64,000 nucleotides of DNA from Malacoraja senta (Eukaryota). The notes below the pieces were generated by a model, which ran no database searches, was not told where the DNA came from, and saw only the letters and a program-made list of their open reading frames with translations. Shown here piece after piece: positions 13,530 to 24,541 of the stretch. The stretch is from contig JAXLNO010000600.1 of NCBI GenBank assembly GCA_038087875.1, forward strand, positions 434,001 through 498,000, given 5' to 3'. Positions within the stretch are counted from its first letter, which is position 1. The number at the start of each line of letters is the position of its first letter. The translations under genes were made by a program, and so were the position numbers.

Positions 13530-14220
13530 TGAATGAATGAATTAATGAATAATTTTATTCACATTCAAGGAATTTGCCTTGGCGCTCCGCCCGCAAGTGA
13601 CAACATGACATACAGTGACAGTTAGGAATGACACATAAAACATTAAACATTAATAATAGCACATTGTTGGTTAAACATAGAAACATAGAAAATAGGTACA
13701 GGAGGAGGCCATTTGGCCCTTCGAGCCAGCACCGCCATTCATTGTGATCATGGCTGATCGTCCCCTATCAATAACCCGTGCCTGCCTTCTACCCATATCC
13801 CTTGACTTCACTAGCCCCTAGAGCTCTATCTAACTCTCTCTTAAATCCATCCAGTGATTTGGCCTCCACTGCCCTCTGTGGCAGGGAATTCCATAAATTC
13901 ACAACTCTCTGGGTGAAAAAGGTTTTTCTCATCAACATGTGCATTAAATAAAGTACCAGAGCAAAAGGAGGCTACAGATTTTTGGTTATTGAGTAGAGCT
14001 ACTACTCGTGGAAAAAAGATGTTTTCATGTCTGGCTGTGGCAGCTTTGACAGTCCGGAGTCGCCTTCCAGAGAGAAGTGATTCAAAGAGTTTGGGGCCAG
14101 GGTGAGAGGGGTCAGAGATGATCTTACCCACTCGCGTCCTGGCCCTTGCAGTGTACAGTTCGTCAATGGAGGGAAGGTTGCAGCCAATAACCTCAGCTGA
14201 TCGGACGATCAGTGATCGGA
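13530..14220 (-). mobile_element. Rex-Babar 3' fragment with a nested CR1 (about 13676-13934)
   Basis: LPSIDELYTARAR...FFPRVVALLN; CR1 catagaaa tail. Confidence 0.83.
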
Positions 14221-14498
14221 CGAATTGTCGATATGTCCATAGCAAAAATGGGAATTGGAAACTCACAACAAGACAGAGGATACTTTGATTTTTGGGCACT
14301 TTCAACATTCACAACTGGATACAATTCTTCTACCTGTAAAGCAAAGGGGCAGATGTTAACCTGAAATGTTGACCTCCTTCATCATTCTGTTGAAGTAAGA
14401 TCTCGTGAAGCTGCAACCTCCTACCTGGCAAAGAGATAGTACCTGAAGGGGTAATTCAGCCCACCGTGCCTTTGGCTGGCTTAGCTGGCTTGTACTCC

Positions 14499-14735
14499 CA
14501 GAGAGTTGTGAATTTATGGAATTCCCTGCCACAGAGGGCAGTGGAGGCCAAATCACTGAATGGATTTAAGAGAGAGTTAGATAGAGCTCTAGGGGCTAGT
14601 GGAGTCAAAGGATATGGGGAGAAGGCAGGCACGGGTTAATGATAGGGGACGATCAGCCATGATCACAATGAATGGCGGTGCTGGCTCAAAGGGCCGAATG
14701 GCCTCCTCCTGCACCTATTTTCTATGTTTCTATGT
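14499..14735 (+). mobile_element. CR1 3' fragment, (TTTCTATG)n subfamily
   Basis: Near-identical inverted copy of 13676-13913. Confidence 0.9.
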
Positions 14736-14820
14736 ATTGCTATTCCCAGCACTTCCAAGTATTTTATTTGCAATTAATCATACTCTTAAATTAAATTAGA
14801 TGTTTATGTTCAAGGATTCC

Positions 14821-15098
14821 GGGTGGCACGGTAGTGAAGCAGTTGACCCGGGACTGCGGGTGCTGTCTGTATCGTGTTTGTACCTTCTCCCCGTAACCTG
14901 TGTGGATTTTCTCCGGGTGCTCCGGTTTCCCTCCCACACTACAAAGATGTACAGGTTTGTGGGCTAATTGGCTTTGGTAAAATTGTAAATTGTCCCTAGT
15001 GTGTGTAGGATATGGTTAGTGTGCGGGGATCGCTGGTCGGTGCGGACTCGGTAAGCGGAAGGGCCTGTTTCCACGGTGTGTCTCTAAACTAAACTAAA
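14821..15098 (+). mobile_element. V-SINE-like tRNA-derived SINE
   Basis: GGTGGCACGG head, central ctccgggtgctccggtttcc..cccacact core, CR1-like ctctaaactaaactaaa tail. Further copies at about 23865-24640, 27340-27530(-), 39948-44992, 46570-46885, 47900-48520, 54195-54682(-), 55745-55985(-), 63385-63597. Confidence 0.85.
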
Positions 15099-15190
15099 CC
15101 ATCAACAAGAGGAGCATTATTTGAACCAAAAATGTTATTGTCATTTAATTTCTTTTATTTAACCTAACCTTCTTGTGTGTCTTGGGTCTT

Positions 15191-15282
15191 GGGTCTTGAA
15201 TTCTCTTTAATACATGGGTCTTGAATTCTCTTGAATACATGGGTCTTGAATTCTCTTGAATACATGGGTCTTGAATTCTCTT
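15191..15282. repeat. 25-bp minisatellite, about 3.6 copies
   Basis: gggtcttgaattctcttgaatacat units start at 15191, 15216, 15241 and 15266. Confidence 0.95.
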
Positions 15283-15397
15283 TGCTGCTGTACTATCTAT
15301 CATCAGGGACTTGCTGGTCCCCTGAAGTGTAAGAATTGATCAGAGCTGTAGGCTCACTCCCTTCACCTTTATTCCATAAACCTGGAAGAGTTTGAAA

Positions 15398-16155
15398 CAA
15401 GTCAAGAGTCAAGAGTGTTTTATTGTCATATGTCCCGGACGGGACAATTAAATTCTTACTTGCTGCAGCACAACAGAATATGTGAATATGTAAACATTGT
15501 ATATAATGGGGAAAGAGAAAAAAGAGTTCAATAAATAACAAATATAGTGCCAATAACAAATAATAATATAGTCTTTTGCAGTTCAGAGCTCAGAGCTTAT
15601 TTGTCTGAAGAAGGGTCTCGACCAGAAACATTGCCTATTTCCTTCGCTCCATAGATGCTGCCTCACCCGCTGAGTTTCTCCAGCATTTTTGTCTACCTTC
15701 GATTTTCCAGCATCTGCAGTTCCTTCTTAAACACAGAGCTTATTTGTTGTCATGTTTAATAGCCCGATGGCCGTAGGGAAGAAGCTGTTCCTGAACCTGG
15801 ACGGTACAGTTTTCAGGCTCCTGTACCTTCTTCCTGATGGCAATGGTGAGATGAGTGTGTGGCCAGGATGGTGTGGGTTTTTGATGTTGGCTGCCTTTTT
15901 GAGGCAGCGACTACGATCGATCCCTTCGACGGTGGGGAGGTCAAAGCCAGTGATGGACTGGGCAGTGGTCACAACTTTTTGTAGTCTTTTTCGCTCCTGG
16001 ACGTTCAAGTTGCCGAATCGCCACGATGCAACCAGTCAGAATGCTCTCTATTGTGCACCTGTAGAAGTTTAGAAGAATCCTCTTCGACATGCCGAATCTC
16101 CGTAATCTTCTCAGGAAGTAGAGTCCCTGATGTGCCTACTTTATAATTGCATCGG
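15398..16155 (-). mobile_element. Rex-Babar 3' fragment with a Penelope short insertion (15605-15733)
   Basis: ORF 15727-16008; insert flanked by cagagcttatttgt (15591-15604 and 15734-15747). Confidence 0.88.
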
Positions 16156-16552
16156 TGTGCAAGTTCCCATTTCCCGTCTGTTCAGTGCTACTCCATCTCA
16201 TTAACTACAAAGTGGCTTCACGTGAAACATCTGTGCTTCTTGGCACCGTGCACCTGGCTGATTGAAATTAAAACTAGCCATTCCTTCTTTTTGCTATTTA
16301 ACGGTGCATTTCATATGAGTTTACGTCTGCTATACATCAACCGCATTAAAAAACAATCACCCAAACCATTTGCTGTGTGTTGTCTGTATCGCTGGGCATA
16401 TCCAGGGGTAGGTTTAAAATGAACTATCAAATTTCCACTTGCCAGTCATTAACTGATGCTGAGGAAGGAAATAAACGATGCTCTTCTGTCAAGCTGTAAA
16501 AGTTCCAGGGGTTGTACTGCCCCTGACAAGAGCAAAGAAAGCCATTGATTTG

Positions 16553-17229
16553 GGGAAAGTAAGCATGCAGGTACAGCAGGCAGTGAAGAAATTGAATGGC
16601 ATGTTGGCCTTTATAACAAGAGGAGTTGAATATAGGAGCAAAGAGGTCCTTCTGCAGTTGTACACGGCCCTAGTGAGACCACACCTGGAATATTGTGTGT
16701 AGTTTTAGTCCCCTAATTTGAGGAAGGACATTCTTGCTATTGAGGGAGTGCAGTATGGTTTACAAGGTTAATTCCCGGGATGGCGGGACTGTCATATGCT
16801 GGGAGAATAGAGCGACTGGGCTTGTATACTCTGGAGTTTAGAAGGATGAGAGGGGATCTTATTGAAACATATAAGATTATTAAGGGTTTGGACACGCCAG
16901 AGGCAGAAAACATGTTCAAGATGTTGGGGGAGTCCAGAACCAGGGGCCACAGGTTAAGAATAAGGGGTAAGCCATTTAGAATGGAGACGAGGAAAGACCT
17001 TTTCTCACAGAGAGTTGTGAGTCTGTGGAATTCTCTGCCTCTGAGGGCGGTTCTCTGGATACTTTCAAGAGAGAGCTAGATAGGGCTCTTAAAGATAGCA
17101 GATTCAGGGTATATGGGGAGAAGGCAGGAACGGGGTACTGATTGGGGATGATCAGCCATGATCACATTGAATGGCGGTGCCGGCTCGAAGGGCCGAATGG
17201 CCTACCCCTGCACCTATTGTCTATTGTCG
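16553..17229 (+). mobile_element. 5'-truncated CR1 with a 28-bp target-site duplication
   Basis: gacaagagcaaagaaagccattgatttg at 16525-16552 and 17230-17257. Confidence 0.93.
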
Positions 17230-17339
17230 GACAAGAGCAAAGAAAGCCATTGATTTGATGAAAGTTTTACAACTTAGTAGACGTTGCTTTGTAAAACTTT
17301 CCCCAAGGCGTCTCCCAGTAGGATGATCAGTTAGAATAA

Positions 17340-17630
17340 TGGGGCTGTTCCATTGTACAAGCTAATTCTCCCGAGTTTCCCCTGATTAGAACTCGGAGAA
17401 TTACGGTAATAGCCGCTCGTAGGTACTCGGGGCTCTCGTGGACATTTTTCAACATGGCAACATGTTGAAAAATCATCCCGAGTACCCGCCGTTAGCGTTA
17501 CGAGCCGCTAAGAGACGTCCCCGAGCTCCGACGTACCCGCAACGTACATTCTACGTGCTTACCATGAGTTTGATTATTTTTTTTTACTCGGGAGAGCTCT
17601 TGAATTAGCTCGTACAGTGGGACAGCCCCT
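17340..17630. mobile_element. PIF/Harbinger-like MITE
   Basis: TAA|TGGGGCTGTTCCATTGTACAAGCTAATTC ... GAATTAGCTCGTACAGTGGGACAGCCCCT|TAA. Confidence 0.8.
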
Positions 17631-18123
17631 TAACACCGAACCAAAGGAGCGAATAGAACATTCAAAGGTAGACAAAGATGCTGGAGAAACTCAGCGGGTG
17701 AGGTATCATCTATGGAGCGAAGGAATTCCTTCGCTCCATAGATGCTGCCTCACCCGCTGAGTTTCTCCAGCATTTTTGTCTACCTTCGATTGTTCCAGCA
17801 TCTGCAGTTCCTTCTTAAACAATAGGACATTCAAGGTTGGTTATAAGCAAGATCTAAACAAACTTTGGAAAGGTTAGGGAAGGAATTCACAAGTTCAGAC
17901 CCGGAAGAGTTGGAGATAGGTCTGCCACTAGTCATGTGAAGGGTGAGTGTGAGCGCCTGAGAGTTCTTGAAGTGTTGCAATGTTGGATGAGATTACAACG
18001 ATAAGGAGGAATTGGAATATAAGAATGAGAATTATAAACTGGGCTCATCAGTGGAAAACAAAGTCCAGCAAATGCAGGCGGCGATGGGCTTTAGGAATTG
18101 GCAGACAGACAGATTGACAGTAA

Positions 18124-18766
18124 AGGACCTGTCCCACTTTGGCGATTTTTTAGGCAAATGTCGGCGACTGTCACAGGCATAGCAGGTTGCCGAAAAAACG
18201 GCAACTGGACCCCCCCGAATGACAAATGTCTACGACAAGCTATGACAACCTACCACCTGGTCGATGTCAAGCTACGGGAAGCTACCGACTACCGGCGACC
18301 CATTGGGACTTCCACCTACGATCACACCTACAGCAACTGACGAACACACAGGCGACAACTTACGACACCCGCGACAAGCTGCGACAAGCAATGACCCTGT
18401 CGGCGACAGCTGAAGACAATTTAGTCGCCGGTTCCTGTCGCCGGTTGACGTAGGTTGACATAGGTAGTCGCCAATGGAATCCACCTAAGTCAGCACCCGG
18501 CGACAATCAACGTAACCTGGCGACAACCTAGGTCATCCTGGCGACAACCTACGACAGCACCTTCAACAGGAGGACAAGCTACGTCAAGCACACGGTCGCC
18601 GAAAGGTTTAGACCATTTCAAAATCCAGCGGCGACCAGAAAAACTTTACGACTCTTTAGGCGACTTGAGGACACTAATGACCATACAGGCGTCACCGCGC
18701 GGCCATGTGGCGACAGCCTACTCGCCTGTAGTCGCCGGAAAAAATCACCTTAATGGGACAGGGGCT
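18124..18766. mobile_element. PIF/Harbinger-like non-autonomous element
   Basis: TAA|AGGACCTGTCCCA ... TGGGACAGGGGCT|TAA; interior rich in GGCGACAAC/GTCGCC repeats. Confidence 0.8.
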
Positions 18767-19099
18767 TAAGAGTGCGACCACCAAGCCAAGGTGAACACAG
18801 GTATGAGTGCAGGTTTTGAAGCTGGTTGTTTATAGCATCTACTGAACATCAGGCCCCATCACTGCCTCCATCCATTTCAAATCTCTCAAGTTGGACTGAT
18901 TATAGACAATAGGTGCAGGAGTAGGCCATTTGGCCCTCTGAGGCAGAGGGCGGCATATAATAATTATGCAAAATTATTATAAAATGTGCCTGTCTTCAAA
19001 GCAGCACGTGCACAATGAGACTGCACATATCAGAATCCAGAACCGGACTCAAAGTACTGGAATAACTCATCAGGTCAGGCAGCATATTGGGACAACATC

Positions 19100-19503
19100 A
19101 ATAGGCTCTGACCTCCCTTCCATCGAGGGGATCTATCGCAGTCGCTGCCTCAAAAAGGCTGCCAGCATCATCAAGGACCCACACCATCCTGGCCACACAC
19201 TCATCTCCCTGCTACCTTCAGGTAGAAGGTACAGGAGCCTGAAGACTGCAACGACCAGGTTCAGGAATAGCTACTTCCCCACAGCCATCAGGCTATTAAA
19301 CACAACTGAAAAAAAACTCTGAACATTAATAGACCATTATCTGTTTATTCGCACTTTATCTGTTTATTTATTCATGTGTGTATATATTTATATAATGGTA
19401 TATGGACACACTGATCTGCCTACTATATTCTGTTGTGCTGAAGCAAAGCAAGAATTTCATTGTCCTATCTGGGACAATAAACTCTCTTGAATCTTGAATC
19501 TTG
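19100..19503 (+). mobile_element. Rex-Babar 3' fragment
   Basis: GSDLPSIEGIYRSRCLKKAASIIKDPHHPGH...FPTAIRLLN; (CTTGAAT)n tail. Confidence 0.88.
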
Positions 19504-19539
19504 TAGGTGACGTTTCGGGTCAGAACCCTTCTTCAGATA

Positions 19540-20690
19540 GATACATAGATACATAGAAAATAGGTGCAGGAGTAGGCCATTCGGCCCTTCGAGCCTGCAC
19601 CGCCATTCAATATGATCATGGCTGATCATCCAACTCAGTATCCCGTACCTGCCTTCTCCATACCCCCTGATCCCTTTAGCCACAAGGGCCACATCTAACT
19701 CCCTCTTAAATATAGCCAATGAGCTGGCCTCAACTACCCTCTATGGCAGAGAGTTCCAGAGATTCACCACTCTCTGTGTGAAAAAGTTTTTTCTCATCTC
19801 GGTCTTAAAGGATTTCCCCCTTATCCTTAAGCTGTGACCCCTTGTCCTGGACTTCCCCAACATCGGGAACAATCTTCCTGCATCTAGCCTGTCCAACCCC
19901 ATAAGAATTTTGTACGTTTCTATAAGATCCCCTCTCAATCTCCTAAATTCTAGCGAGTATAAGCCAAGTCTATCCAGTCTTTCTTCATATGAAAGTCCTG
20001 ACATCCCAGGAATCAGTCTGGTGAACCTTCTCTGCACTCTCTCTATGGCTATAATGTCCTTCCTCAGATTTGGAGACCAAAACTGTACGCAATACTCCAG
20101 GTGTGGTCTCACCAAGACCCTGTATAACTGCTGTAGAACCTCCCTGCTCCTATACTCAAATCCTTTTGCTATGAAAGCTAACATACCATTCGCTTTCTTC
20201 ACTGCCTGCTGCACCTGCATGCCTACTTTCAATGACTGGTGTACCATGACACCCAGGTCTCGCTGCATCTCCCCTTTTCCTAATCGGCCACCATTTAGAT
20301 AATAGTCTGCTTTCCTGTTTTTGCCACCAAAGTGGATAACCTCACATTTATCCACATTATACTGCATCTGCCAAACATTAGCCCACTCACCCAGCCTATC
20401 CAAGTCACTTTGCAGTCTCCTAGCATCCTCCTCACAGCTAACACTGCCCCCCAGCTTAGTGTCATCCGCAGACTTGGAGATGTTGCCTTCAATTCCCTCA
20501 TCCAGGTCATTAATATAAATTGTAAATAGCTGGGGTCCCAGCACTGAGCCTTGCGGTACCCCACTAGTCACTGCCTGCCATTGTGAAAAGGACCCGTTTA
20601 CTCCTACTCTTTGCTTCCTGTTTGCCAGCCAGTTCTCTATCCACATCAATACTGAACCCCCAATACCGTGTGCTTTAAGTTTGTATACTA
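19540..20690 (-). mobile_element. CR1 LINE RT fragment, low divergence
   Basis: 318-aa ORF with SGVPQGSVLGP and SADDTK. Confidence 0.95.
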
Positions 20691-21227
20691 ACAGCAAAAA
20701 AATAATTTGATTTGGTGCTGGTTGTTGGATTAATTGGCAAGTTTAAACTTTGTCTAGTATAGGTGGATGGTGAGAGAATCGGTCTATTAATGGTCATGTG
20801 TGAGAGAATAGGTTACCACAAAAATAAGTAGGGAAAAATGGGAGAGCTGTGAGAGCCAGCATTGATTCAATGGGCTGAATAGCCTCTTTCTGTGCCATGT
20901 CAAAATATGGAGAAGGACACTGATGACATTCCAGCTGTGATCCTCATCTATACATCTGCCACAACCTAATCTAATTTGAATCTGCAGTCCAGCAAGCCTG
21001 TCATTGACACCAACCTACTTCCTAGTCTTTCTTTACGTCATCTTCAACATGCTTTCAACTTGAAAGGAACTAATATCCGTGGGGAAACTGTTCAACTCCC
21101 GTCATTTCCTCTCCAGATCCAAATCAGTGTTGATTCCGTCACTGAATCATACAAGTGAATGTACTTCAGATCAATCATCCGGAAGGTAAAGGTTCTTAGC
21201 CAACCTGCTCCCACTGACAGTAGATAG

Positions 21228-21688
21228 ATTGAGGGAGTGCAGCGTAGGTTTACAAGGTTAATTCCCTTGATGGCGGGACTGTCATATGCTGAGAAAATGG
21301 AGCGGCTGGGCTTGTATACTCTGGAGTTTAGAAGGATGGGAGGGGATCTTATTGAAACATATAAGATTATTAAGGGTTTGGTTCCCGATGTTGGGGGAGT
21401 CCAGAACCAGGGGCTACATTGTAAGCCATTTAGAACGGAGACGAGGAAACACTTTTTCTCACATTGAGTGGTGAGTCTGTGGAATTCTCTGCCTCAGAGG
21501 GCGGTGAAGGCCGGTTCTCTGGATACATTCAAGAGAGAGCTAGATAGGGCTCTTAAAGATAGCGGAGTCAGGGGATATGGGAGAAGGCAGGAACAGGGTA
21601 CTGATTGGGGATGATCAGCCATGATCACATTGCATGGCTGTGCTGGCTCAAAGGGCCGAATGGCCTACTCCTGCACCTATTGTCTATT
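21228..21688 (+). mobile_element. CR1 3' fragment
   Basis: [18 protein letters not shown]. Further copies at about 25813-26015, 26371-26793, 45526-46000, 46300-46503 and 59934-60315. Confidence 0.9.
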
Positions 21689-24068
21689 ATAAAAGTGCTC
21701 ACAATACTCCAAAAGCAGCCCGACCAGCGCCTTATAGAGTCTCAGAATTAGATTCCAGTTTTTGTATTTGTCTATGACAAAATCTACCAACGCTTCCACT
21801 GCGTGTGGGGTACAGGGAGGAACTGGTTTATATTGAAAATACACACAAAGTGCTGGAGTATCTCGGCAGGTCAGGCTGGATCTCTGGAGCACATGAATAG
21901 GTGTTTCAGGTCGGAACCCTTCTTCAGACTTCAGAAAAATTGATTTGATTTGATGCTGGTTGTATAAAGAATAATTAATAATCATAAACTATCAATTAGG
22001 AGCGGAAGTAGGCCATTCGACCCTTCATAAACTATGTCTGGTATATCGATGCAATGGAAATTGTTAAGGCGGAGATTGACAGATTCTTGTTTAGTGAGGG
22101 TGTCAGGGGTTATGGGGAGAAGGGGTTAAGAGGGTGAGATATATCAGCCATGATTGAATGCTGGAGTGGACTTAATGGGCCGAATGGCCTACTTCTCCTC
22201 GTAGAACTCATGAACTTATGGATGATGGAAGAATCAGTCTTTTATTGGCCATGTGTGAGAGAATAGATTATCAGAAATGTAAGGAAAGTGGGATAGCCCT
22301 GAGAGGCTCAGACTCAGTGGGCTGAATGGCCTCTTTCTGTGCCATATCAAAATATGGTTTAAGGTGAGATGGGAAAGATTGAATAGGAACCTGAGGAGCA
22401 ATCTTTTCACACAAAGAGTGAATTATCGAATGAGGCTCCTGAGGCGGTAGTTGAGGCAGGTATTATCACAACATTTAAAAGACATTTGGAAAGGTACATG
22501 GATAGGAGAGGTTTAGAAGGAGGGCCAAACGTAGGCAGGTGGGACTAGTGTAGATGAATATGACTACATGGCACTAGCAATGGCTCAGCAAAGTCAACTA
22601 AATTATCTGAAGCATTGGGGCAGTATCAGTGTTGTTTCTCAGGCCAGCAGTGAGGTGTTGTTGAGTTCAACCAGCTTTAATAGACAGGCTGTAGTATATG
22701 AATGGAGAGATAGGTACTGCAGATGCTGAAATCCTGAGCAAAACACAATGTGCTAGAGGAACTCAGTGGGTCAGGCAGCATCTGTAGAGGGAATGGGTAG
22801 ATGACATTTCGAGTGGGACTCTTCTGATCAGTCTGAAGAAGGGTCCAGACCTGAAACGATGCTTTTCCCCATTCCTTCCACAGATGCTGCCTGACCCGCT
22901 GAGTTCCTCCAGCACTTTGTGTTTGCCTGACTGTAAGCTGTTCCTAGGAGAATAGAGACAAATGCCTCAATGATGTCCTTAATGCCGCATTGAAAAGATG
23001 TGGCATCTTCACTCACTCAGGAATCACTGAGCTGAGGCTGATGGAGAAACCTATGGAAAGGAATTGAGCTCTATGAACCTCTCTAAAAGTACGTGGAGGC
23101 CAACCCAATCAGCGGAAGGTGCCCACATTGTTCCAAAGGACCTGCTCACGAAGCTGCATTGATGTAGGGTGGAATTGCAGATGCTAGTTTACACCGAAGA
23201 AAGACACAAATTGTTGGAGTAACTCAGCGGGAAAGGCAGCATCTCTGGAGAAACAAAATTGGTGACGTTTCGGGTCGAGACCCTCCTTCAGAGTCCCGCT
23301 CCCTGTCCCGCTGCGTTACTCCAGCATTTTGTGCCTGTTCCAATCATGGCAGACTGTGCATCCCGCATTAGACTCAATGGTAGACAAAAATGCTGGAGAA
23401 ACTCAGCGGGTGAGGCAGCATCGCTCCATAGATGCTGCCTCACCCGCTGAGTTTCTCCAGCATTTTTGTCTACCTTCGATTTTCCAGCATCTGCAGTTCC
23501 TTCTTAAGCAGTCGACTCAATAGTCAGGTTAGAATTCACAGCACTGTAACAGAAGCAAAGTATTCATTGTTGCTCAAGAGAGTGCCTAAGAAAAATAAAT
23601 TAGGGAGAGGTCAGCGATCTCAGGAGAGGGAAGGGGCAAGCAACTATCTGATAATGGCAGGGAAAACTAGTGGGGAATGAAAGGTTCCTTTTCGTTTAAT
23701 AAAATGTTAATCCACACAATTGTATAAGTTTAGAAACTCTGCAGCGTGGAAGAAGCGTGTGAATGCCCACGCCAAGTAACATAAATATTGTCTTGTATTT
23801 GTACCATCACCATAGCTCCCTGCCTGCAAGAATTCTCTGCTGCACAGACTCTCTTCGTTCGGAGGGTGGCACGTGGCGCAGCAGTAGAGTTGCTCCCTCA
23901 CAGCGCTGGAGACCCGGGTTTGATTCAGAGTACGGGTGCTGTCCGTACGGAGTTTGTACGTTCTCCCAGTTCTCCCGTGTGGGTTTTCTCCGAGATCTTT
24001 GGTTTCCTCCCACACTCCAAAGACGTGCAGGTTTGTAGGTTAATTGGCTTGGTATTAATGTAAATTGT

Positions 24069-24541
24069 CAAAGTCAAAGTCAATTTTATTCGTCACATGC
24101 ACCCGAAGGTGCAATGAAATGAATTTGCCAGCAGCGATACAATTAAAAAGAACGCACAATACACAATAAAATTTAACACAAACATCCACCACAGCATTCT
24201 TCACTGTGGTGGAAGGCACAAAGTTCAGCCAGTCCTCCTCATTTGTTCACCCGTGGTCGGGACCATGAACCGTCGGTAGTCGCCGCTACGGACGGCCCGA
24301 TGTACAGGCCCTCCGGTTGGGATGATCCAAACTCTGACGTCAGAACGGTCGAACACACTCCGCGGCTTGGAGCGCCCGAATCGGCGCTTTCCTACCAGAG
24401 ACGGCGGCTTCAGGATGTTATAGGCCGTAGGCCGGCGGTTGGAGCTCGTCTCTGGCGATCCCCAGCTAGGGGATGGTAAGTCCACGCCGCGCTCGCGGCT
24501 AGAAGCTCCGCAGACCAGAGTCTGCACTACATTAGCACCAC
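24069..24541 (-). mobile_element. GC-rich non-autonomous LINE-derived element with (TTTGAC)n tail, inserted in a V-SINE
   Basis: Splits the SINE motif aaattgt|ccctagt. Related copies at 48526-50247(-) and about 52838-53210(+). Confidence 0.7.

Noticed and set aside
14821..14880. tRNA-like heads
   Set aside because: Degenerate SINE heads, not complete cloverleaf tRNA genes.
15191..15282. Heat-shock-element-like GAA spacing in the 25-bp minisatellite
   Set aside because: The central pentamer is mismatched (CTC) and there is no promoter context.
22950..23150. Possible decayed RTE 3' end (LNDVLNAALKRCGI)
   Set aside because: Too degraded to support a call.
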